Below are positions 1 to 5,335 of a stretch of 9,230 nt of DNA, one piece after another. Under the pieces are notes generated by a model. That model worked only from the letters and a program-made list of their open reading frames with translations. It did not search any database and was not told the origin of the DNA. The DNA comes from a virus. Lineage: Duplodnaviria > Heunggongvirae > Uroviricota > Caudoviricetes. Made by a program: the position numbers and the translations under genes. Positions within the stretch are counted from its first letter, which is position 1. Every line of letters begins with the position of its first letter. The stretch lies in IMG/VR virus record IMGVR_UViG_2740892218_000012; one strand, written 5' to 3'.

Positions 1-113
1 TTTCAGTTCCCACAGCTCATTCAGTACCTCTTCACGACTGATATCAAGTCGCGCAGCAAGTTCTATGGACGTGGCCTTTCCCATCGCTTTCAGTGCGTCA
101 AAAACAGTCTCCA
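1..113 (-). CDS. Hypothetical phage protein, N-terminal fragment (gene continues beyond left edge)
   Basis: Minus-strand ATG at 113..111 preceded by GGGAGG (plus 123..128) with 9-nt spacer; reads [38 protein letters not shown] to the window edge. Starts 24 nt after the stop of the DnaC-like gene, so likely co-transcribed. Confidence 0.4.
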
Positions 114-136
114 TTAAAATTTCCTCCCGGTAAAAA

Positions 137-883
137 TCACTTCGTGATTCCTGGCTGGACGACATTCGGGCGCCAGCTTTCCCAGTTAAAATTAACCCAT
201 CGACCGCCGTTCATGGTCATGCGATCCATAACCCTCTCACCGAGCAACGTTTTCATGGCCTCATAGTTCAGGTTTGTCAGCATCCCCATACTGCGCATCG
301 ATGCTGTCCGGCGATCAACAATCTGATGCAGCACCACCTGCTCGTTTTTCGTCTCACGCTGAATGCCAATTTCATCAAGAACCAGCAGATCCACTTCGCA
401 CAGTTCCCGCAAAAATTTTTCGCCTGACTGCCCGTCGTCATAGCTGGCGTGCAGGGCACTCATAACATCAGCCACAGTAACCACTATCACTGTCTGGCCG
501 TCTTTCAGCAGGCGATTCCCGATAGCCGCCGCCAGATGGTTTTTTCCGGTACCAGGTTTTCCGCTGAACGCGAAATTTGTGCATCCGGTCATCAGTTCAT
601 CAGCGATGGATTTCGCCTGACTTAACGCGTATCGCTGGCCGTCGTTCTGTACATGGTAATTCGCAAACGAGCATTTACGGTGCAACGGCTGGATGCCTGA
701 GCGATTCAGAATTTTTTCCACCCGCAACTGGCGATTCAGGCGGTTGATCTCCTCGCTACGCTTCTGGCCTTCAGCAAGTTGCCACTCGCGCCACTCCGCT
801 ACCGTTCTGAATGGGGCGGTTACATGTGGCGGGGTCAGTCTGCGGATACGTTCCAGAACGCCGCCTGTCGCAATATTTTTCAT
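137..883 (-). CDS. ydaV: DnaC-like AAA+ helicase loader (phage replication protein P analogue; YdaV-like)
   Basis: 248-aa ORF with Walker [16 protein letters not shown] and Walker B LLVLDEIG typical of the DnaC/IstB ATPase family. Sits immediately downstream of the initiator-like gene, as in lambdoid O-P modules. Size matches Rac YdaV (about 246 aa, from memory). Confidence 0.85.
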
Positions 884-889
884 GGTTCG

Positions 890-1402
890 TTACCCCCTGA
901 ACCCCGGAGGAATTTCGGTGTCCGGTTCAGAAATATGATTCACACAACGCTGTACAGGTGAACGCCCCAGGCGGATGACCAGTTCGTCCCATTTTTCGCG
1001 GAGCTTTGACGGGCTCATGATGTTTTTTACCCAGAATGGATCCCGCTGTACCCGCCCAAACATTTCGCAAATTTGTCTGTGAGTTCTGCCATCCAGCATC
1101 CGCATTGTGCGCACGTCATTGGCCCACGCGGTCCAGTTTGGTTCTTTCGGTCGCGTGATCTCGCCATCATCGCTGGCCGCCTGCTCGTAAAGACTCACGA
1201 TTCGTCCCCAGATCCACTGTGCGCACGCCAAATCTTCCTGACTTCCCCACTGGCGTTTTTTCGCACTGAACACAACCACGTCAGGGTGTCGGGTTAAAAA
1301 ATCCTGTTCAGCCGTCTGCGGGTCCGGTTGCGAAGCGTCCGGACAAGAAGATCTTTTATCTGACGGATCAGATTTTAATACTGACGGATCGGGGTCAATC
1401 AT
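890..1402 (-). CDS. Replication initiator (O/YdaU-like), C-terminal segment; this frame is open upstream to 1549 and appears frameshifted relative to the N-terminal segment 1495..1725
   Basis: 170-aa ORF from the first ATG. In the same frame, codons upstream of 1402 stay open to 1549 and encode a periodic peptide (NDPLTVDPSNIDPSTVDPSNFDGSTVD) templated by the iterons. Stop is 7 nt before the DnaC-like start. Confidence 0.6.
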   Translation of the reverse strand: MIDPDPSVLKSDPSDKRSSCPDASQPDPQTAEQDFLTRHPDVVVFSAKKRQWGSQEDLACAQWIWGRIVSLYEQAASDDGEITRPKEPNWTAWANDVRTMRMLDGRTHRQICEMFGRVQRDPFWVKNIMSPSKLREKWDELVIRLGRSPVQRCVNHISEPDTEIPPGFRG

Positions 1403-1434
1403 CGCCCCCCTAACCGACCGTTTTTTATCAACGG

Positions 1435-1506
1435 TTGATCCATCAAAATTTGACGGGTCAACCGTTGAGGGGTCAATATTTGACGGGTCAACCGTTAACG
1501 GGTCAT
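1435..1506. repeat. Iteron array, putative phage replication origin: five 12-bp near-palindromes TTGAYNNRTCAA at exact 15-bp phasing
   Basis: Units at 1435 (ttgatccatcaa), 1450 (ttgacgggtcaa), 1465 (ttgaggggtcaa), 1480 (ttgacgggtcaa) and 1495 (ttaacgggtcat, degenerate). More degenerate copies (tgacggatc) at 1361 and 1382. The array lies inside the initiator coding region, as lambda ori lies inside gene O. Confidence 0.6.
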
Positions 1507-1725
1507 TTTTTGCCGGGCTAATTTTTCTTTTCGGTTTATATGAGCCGCTTTAACCGTTGATTCACTCTTTGCCCCAATCTGACGACGAATGGTCTCTACT
1601 GCAGGCCATGACACACCTTCATCATTGCTGTAGTCTGCAAGACGAGCCATCACTGCCACCCTGGATAAGATCATGCCGGTGAAGGCACACCCTTCCCAGA
1701 CAAGACCATGAAGCTTGCTGCTCAT
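1495..1725 (-). CDS. Replication initiator (O/YdaU-like), N-terminal helix-turn-helix segment, ending at TAA just after an A6 run
   Basis: 76-aa ORF with a winged-helix-like segment (LSRVAVMARLADYSNDEGVSWPAVETIRRQIG). SD-like GGGG 6 nt upstream of the ATG at 1725. C-terminal codons are CAA AAA ATG ACC CGT TAA on the minus strand; one extra A would fuse it to the 890..1402 frame. Confidence 0.55.
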   Translation of the reverse strand: MSSKLHGLVWEGCAFTGMILSRVAVMARLADYSNDEGVSWPAVETIRRQIGAKSESTVKAAHINRKEKLARQKMTR

Positions 1726-1748
1726 AAAAAACCCCGAACACCGTGCTT

Positions 1749-2174
1749 TTAGTGCATCACCACGGCATTTCCTGCCGGGCCACCGCGATTAATCTGGTTG
1801 AAACCAGCAATTGCCACCGCAATAAAATCATCTGCATCCCTCACCAGCCGCTCCCGCGTCTCCAGCAGCTCCCGAAAATAGGCTGAACTGTGACTGCGCA
1901 TTCGGGCCACCAGCAGAGGCGGCATTGCCTTTTCGATCGCAGGTAACAACGCCTGAATTTTTTCAACCGCATCAGGAGTGTCTTTCTCTACCCAGCGGAA
2001 AATTTTCTGGGTATTGCGAGCCAGGGCTTCCGGATGGCTGTTGTCGTACAGTTCAGGAAACGTCATACCCAGTTCGAAATACGCTTTGGTAATTTTCGCA
2101 GTCGGTACTTTTTCTCCATCCGGATGCGCCCAGGCATTCATCGCCATGCGGATGTGTTCATGCTTGATTTTCAT
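1749..2174 (-). CDS. ydaT: YdaT-like protein (reported as a toxin and as a CII-like regulator in Rac-type prophages)
   Basis: 141-aa ORF directly downstream of the Cro-like gene, with AAGAGG SD 8 nt upstream of the ATG. Size and position match Rac ydaT (140 aa). Recognised from memory of the family, not by search. Confidence 0.65.
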   Translation of the reverse strand: MKIKHEHIRMAMNAWAHPDGEKVPTAKITKAYFELGMTFPELYDNSHPEALARNTQKIFRWVEKDTPDAVEKIQALLPAIEKAMPPLLVARMRSHSSAYFRELLETRERLVRDADDFIAVAIAGFNQINRGGPAGNAVVMH

Positions 2175-2196
2175 GAATCATTTGCCTCTTGATGTT

Positions 2197-2493
2197 TCAG
2201 GTATGATCAAATGAGGATTTGTTACTGTCATTTAGTTGCTTCACTGACATATTCTGCGAATAACATGCCGAACGTCGTAAATATGACCAGTCAATATCAG
2301 GACGAAGTTCTTCGCACAGAACGTCACCTCTTGTTGCACGTTCAATTGCTGGACATCTCTCTGCAGGCAATTGACGTACCCCTTTGATCCATTGATTTAC
2401 GCTTGGAGGTGATACACCTAAAAGCCTAGCCATTGCTGATTGCCCACCGACAACAGCACAAGCTCGCTTGAATGAATAGTTCTCTTTTTTCAT
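2197..2493 (-). CDS. ydaS: Cro-type HTH regulator (YdaS-like)
   Basis: 98-aa ORF divergent from the repressor gene. HTH segment QSAMARLLGVSPPSVNQWIKG. GGAG SD 8 nt upstream of the ATG. Size matches Rac YdaS (98 aa). Confidence 0.7.
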   Translation of the reverse strand: MKKENYSFKRACAVVGGQSAMARLLGVSPPSVNQWIKGVRQLPAERCPAIERATRGDVLCEELRPDIDWSYLRRSACYSQNMSVKQLNDSNKSSFDHT

Positions 2494-2519
2494 CGAATGA
2501 ACTCCAAAAACACACAGAG

Positions 2520-2589
2520 ATATTAGGCGACGCCTAATACTAATGTCAATAGGCTATGCCTAATGCAGTAAGAATAGGGATTGCCTAAT
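2520..2589. promoter_or_regulatory. OR-like operator cluster (three 17-bp palindromes ATTAGGC-N3-GCCTAAT) overlapping a minus-strand promoter for the cro-like gene
   Basis: O1 2522..2538 attaggcgacgcctaat (perfect; extends to a 19-bp perfect palindrome 2521..2539). O2 2548..2564 aataggctatgcctaat. O3 2573..2589 aatagggattgcctaat. Starts are 26 and 25 bp apart. Minus-strand promoter: -35 TTGACA (plus 2544..2549), 18-bp spacer, -10 TAATAT (plus 2520..2525), overlapping O1. Confidence 0.6.
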
Positions 2590-2616
2590 ACAATGAGCAT
2601 AGGAGAATATTAAGCA

Positions 2617-3093
2617 ATGCTTAGTGGTAAAGACTTAGGCCGAGCAATAGAGCAGGCCATTAACAAAAAAATCGCATCGGGATCCGTCAAATCAAAGGCG
2701 GAGGTCGCTCGCCACTTCAAAGTCCAACCACCATCAATCTATGACTGGATTAAGAAAGGCTCCATAAGTAAAGATAAACTTCCAGAATTATGGCGTTTCT
2801 TTTCTGATGTTGTTGGTCCAGAGCATTGGGGGCTTAACGAATACCCCATACCAACCCCCACCAACTCAGATACAAAAAGTGAACTTTTAGACATAAACAA
2901 CCTTTATCAGGCAGCCTCTGATGAAATAAGAGCGATTGTAGCTTTCCTGTTATCAGGAAATGCTACAGAACCAGACTGGGTTGACCACGATGTTCGCGCC
3001 TACATAGCAGCGATGGAAATGAAAGTTGGTAAGTATCTGAAAGTTCTAGAATCTGAACGGAAAAGCCAGAACATCACAAAAACTGGAACTTAA
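2617..3093 (+). CDS. racR: Prophage repressor (RacR-like, CI analogue)
   Basis: 158-aa ORF between the two operator clusters, divergent from the cro-like gene. HTH segment SKAEVARHFKVQPPSIYDWIKKG. AGGAG SD 11 nt upstream of the ATG. Size equals Rac RacR (158 aa). Confidence 0.75.
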   Translation: MLSGKDLGRAIEQAINKKIASGSVKSKAEVARHFKVQPPSIYDWIKKGSISKDKLPELWRFFSDVVGPEHWGLNEYPIPTPTNSDTKSELLDINNLYQAASDEIRAIVAFLLSGNATEPDWVDHDVRAYIAAMEMKVGKYLKVLESERKSQNITKTGT

Positions 3094-3188
3094 ACTTATA
3101 TGGTCTGACGGAAAACTCCTGGATTCCGTTATTTAATCCCTCCCATCACTTTTTTCATTCGCATCACCTATTGGGTTACGCCCAGAAC

Positions 3189-3232
3189 ATTAGGCAAAGC
3201 CTATTGACAATCAATTAGGCATTACCTATAGT
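3189..3232 (+). promoter_or_regulatory. pL-like sigma70 promoter (TTGACA-17-TATAGT) overlapped by two operator palindromes (OL-like)
   Basis: -35 TTGACA at 3204..3209, exact 17-bp spacer, -10 TATAGT at 3227..3232. Operators: 3189..3205 attaggcaaagcctatt and 3214..3230 attaggcattacctata, same half-site as the OR sites, 25-bp phasing, covering the -35 and -10. Confidence 0.6.
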
Positions 3233-3409
3233 TCCAGCATGCCACCCACCCCGCCCCACAGCACGCAGGGCAATACTTCGAGTTACCAGGCAGTGGTCAG
3301 GGGTTAAGTAGCCAGCCCGAGGCGTAAGAACATGACGGCAGGGTTCAACTTTAACTATGCAGCAGGTTTTTGTTCCGCTACCCCGGCGTTAAGGGGAAAT
3401 GAGGTCAGC

Positions 3410-3562
3410 ATGGATACTATCGATCTTGGCAACAACGAATCTCTGGTGTACGGCGTGTTTCCCAACCAGGACGGCACGTTCACCGCGATGACGTATACCA
3501 AAAGTAAAACGTTTAAAACCGAAGCTGGCGCGCATCGCTGGTTAGCAAGAAACTCTGACTGA
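3410..3562 (+). CDS. ydaF: Small phage protein (YdaF-like, DUF1391-type), 50 aa; in-frame alternative start at 3332
   Basis: GAGG at 3401..3404, 5 nt upstream of the ATG at 3410; reads MDTIDLGNNESLVYGVFPNQDGTFTAMTYTKSKTFKTEAGAHRWLARNSD. First gene after the pL-like promoter. The track ORF 3332..3562 is the same frame extended to an upstream ATG with a weaker RBS. Confidence 0.5.
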   Translation: MDTIDLGNNESLVYGVFPNQDGTFTAMTYTKSKTFKTEAGAHRWLARNSD

Positions 3563-3573
3563 TGAGGTTGACG

Positions 3574-4212
3574 ATGGAATTTAAAGATTTACCTACTTCA
3601 ATCCAGGAGATTGCAGCACACACACTTCGTCATCGTCTGAACGAACTTGCATTGGAATCGGTAACGAAAAAAGACACTGATAATATGGCTCGTAATGTGC
3701 GCGATGCGTTTACCGGATTGTATTTCTGTGCGTCTGTAAATAAACACGACTCAGAGAGTGTGGCAAATAAAATTGCAGAAACGACAGCGCAAAACATCAA
3801 TACGAAACCAACGGAAGAAGAAATTGATCAGTTTGCTCATGATGCTGGTTTAAAAAACAAGAAAGAAAAATCGCCATATGCGGGGAACATGTTTGTTTAT
3901 GACAATCTCATCAGAATTCGTGGCGAAATTCCGGCGGAATACCTGGCAAGAGTCCATCAGGCATTGCTTAAAAATCTGGAAACAGAATTATTTGATGGCA
4001 ACACTAACGGTTTCTTCATGGTATCAGGCCTTGAGAAAGACTGGGATGCAGAAAAACGCTGGAATGTTGCTACATGGTTATTCAGTAACAGAGCCGCTGC
4101 TCTGGAAGCTTCGGCATGTATTTGCGGCCTGTTCTTAACAGACCACAAATATAATCTGGATGTGTACAGTTATATTTACGCTGAACACGGTCCGCTCTGG
4201 ATTGACTGGTAA
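3574..4212 (+). CDS. Hypothetical protein, 212 aa, no recognisable motif (accessory cargo)
   Basis: GAGG at 3564..3567, 6 nt upstream of the ATG at 3574 (the track ORF starts at the in-frame ATG at 3562, overlapping the upstream stop as TGATG). Long uninterrupted ORF with ordinary amino-acid composition, visibly AT-richer than neighbours. I could not assign it to any family from sequence alone. Confidence 0.6.
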   Translation: MEFKDLPTSIQEIAAHTLRHRLNELALESVTKKDTDNMARNVRDAFTGLYFCASVNKHDSESVANKIAETTAQNINTKPTEEEIDQFAHDAGLKNKKEKSPYAGNMFVYDNLIRIRGEIPAEYLARVHQALLKNLETELFDGNTNGFFMVSGLEKDWDAEKRWNVATWLFSNRAAALEASACICGLFLTDHKYNLDVYSYIYAEHGPLWIDW

Positions 4213-4422
4213 TTATAAGGAAACACCAGCAGGGCCGCGGCGACCAACAGAACGATTAAAATCAATAATGCCATTATAAAGGACATTATTTAATTTATCG
4301 TCGAATGCTGATTCTGTGAGCCTCAACTCTGAATGAGTTTTTAATAACCCTGATTGCCTGAGTTGATTTACTAGGCATTCAATCTGTTTTTCAATAAGCG
4401 GATTTCTTTTTTTGTTTGGCAT
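4213..4422 (-). CDS. Hypothetical small protein, 69 aa (73 aa if the upstream ATG at 4434 is used), convergent with the 212-aa ORF
   Basis: Minus-strand ATG at 4422..4420 preceded by GGAGG (plus 4428..4432, 5-nt spacer). Stop (plus TTA 4213..4215) abuts the TAA stop of the plus-strand gene (4210..4212). Lies in AT-rich DNA. No convincing promoter found, so confidence is limited. Confidence 0.4.
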   Translation of the reverse strand: MPNKKRNPLIEKQIECLVNQLRQSGLLKTHSELRLTESAFDDKLNNVLYNGIIDFNRSVGRRGPAGVSL

Positions 4423-4758
4423 TTTATCCTCCATTGAGGTTCTGGGTTAAAAATGGAGACCAACACGCTGTCACGTGTGGTCGTGCGCCGGACACGGATA
4501 AGAATCCGGTACTGACAGTTTACTGAAAGGATATATCCCTGAAAAGCCAGGGCATAACGCGAAAGCACACGGCGAAATTGGTCTCTCTGTACGGTGTCGT
4601 TAAATTTAATTCGACCGTGCGCTTCCGGTTGTGGCACTCCGCGAAATGGCGCGGCGGTAAGTATGGCGGGGTTATTCCTTCCCCGTTGAGGACACCGGGT
4701 TGTCAGGTTGACCATACGCTTAAGTGACAACCCCGCTACAACGCCCTCTGTTATCAAT

Positions 4759-4816
4759 TTTCTGGTGGCGTTTGGCGGTATCAGTTTTACTCCGTGACTG
4801 CTCTGCCGCCCTTTTT
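4759..4816 (+). ncRNA. dicF: DicF-like small RNA with intrinsic terminator (cell-division-inhibiting sRNA family of lambdoid prophages)
   Basis: Sequence tttctggtggcgtttggcggtatcagttttactccgtgactgctctgccgccc followed by TTTTT closely matches my recollection of E. coli DicF (UUUCUGGUGACGUUUGGCGG...CUGCCGCCC). It lies in an ORF-free stretch of the pL-like operon, upstream of a kil-type gene. Confidence 0.6.
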
Positions 4817-4990
4817 AAAGTGAATTTTGTGATGCGGTGAATGCGGCTAAGCGCACGCGGAACAGTTAAAACCAAAAACAGTGTTATGGGTGGATTCTCT
4901 GTATCCGGCGTTAATTGTTAACTGGTTAACGTCACCTGGAGGCACCAGGCACCGCATCAACAAAGTTCATTTGTAAAAATGGAGATAATT

Positions 4991-5212
4991 ATGATTGCTC
5001 ATCACTTCGGAACTGATGAGATTCCTCGTCAGTGCGTGACTCCCGGTGATTATGTTATTCATAAAGGAAGAACATATATTGCTTCGGTAAACAACATTAA
5101 AAAACAACGGCTCTATATTCGTGATTTTTCCACACAACACTGTATTAAGGAAACCATGATTAAAGTCTTCCTTGGTCGTGATGGTTTACCTGTAAAAGCA
5201 GAGTCATGGTGA
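4991..5212 (+). CDS. kilR: Kil-type small protein (KilR-like host killing/cell-division inhibitor), 73 aa
   Basis: GGAG at 4981..4984, 6 nt upstream of the ATG at 4991 (the track ORF starts 4 codons earlier at 4979, with no SD). Product [21 protein letters not shown]...[12 protein letters not shown]. Size equals Rac KilR (73 aa), and position (between sieB-slot cargo and the exonuclease) matches. Confidence 0.6.
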   Translation: MIAHHFGTDEIPRQCVTPGDYVIHKGRTYIASVNNIKKQRLYIRDFSTQHCIKETMIKVFLGRDGLPVKAESW

Positions 5213-5335
5213 ACAGTAATAAAATAACTGCCACAATACGACATTCAGCTTAATGAATACATCAGATTTGATTCTTATATGCCAGCAATGGCAGGGATTT
5301 GTTCATCCTTAAATCTGTCATGAGGTTAAAACAAA

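Noticed and set aside
274-961. Short ORFs overlapping the DnaC-like gene (274..465 +, 277..459 -, 693..938 +, 779..961 +)
   Set aside because: Fully nested in or antisense to a well-supported ATPase gene, with no RBS and biased composition; treated as frame shadows.
1073-1297. 74-aa plus-strand ORF antisense to the initiator C-terminal segment
   Set aside because: Antisense shadow ORF inside a coding region, with no independent start signals.
1435-1506. Possible CRISPR array suggested by regularly spaced repeats
   Set aside because: Units are 12 bp at 15-bp phasing with 3-bp gaps, far too short for repeat-spacer architecture, and they sit inside an open reading frame next to replication genes. 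Iterons are the coherent interpretation.
1978-2214. 78-aa plus-strand ORF antisense to the YdaT-like gene
   Set aside because: Nested antisense ORF without an RBS; the YdaT-like frame is the coherent one.
3094-3180. Possible intrinsic terminator after the repressor gene (ggatt...aatcc followed by cttttttc)
   Set aside because: The stem is only 5 bp and AT-rich, and the T run is about 13 nt from the stem. Too weak to call.
3332-3409. Upstream in-frame start giving a 76-aa version of the YdaF-like gene
   Set aside because: The ATG at 3410 has a well-placed GAGG and gives the 50-aa size expected for this family. The 3332 start has only a distant GAGG. Kept as an alternative, not the primary call.
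3878-4148. ORFs nested in the 212-aa gene (3878..4138 +, 3957..4148 -)
   Set aside because: Alternative-frame and antisense shadows of the long ORF.
4371-4757. 128-aa minus-strand ORF in the region upstream of the DicF-like element
   Set aside because: Arg-rich, low-complexity translation with no RBS, overlapping the start of the better-supported small ORF in another frame. More consistent with a chance open frame across structured non-coding DNA.
5213-5335. Possible small ORF (about 18 codons from the ATG near 5262) between the kil-type gene and the exonuclease
   Set aside because: Very short with no RBS; more likely plain intergenic sequence carrying the exonuclease RBS.
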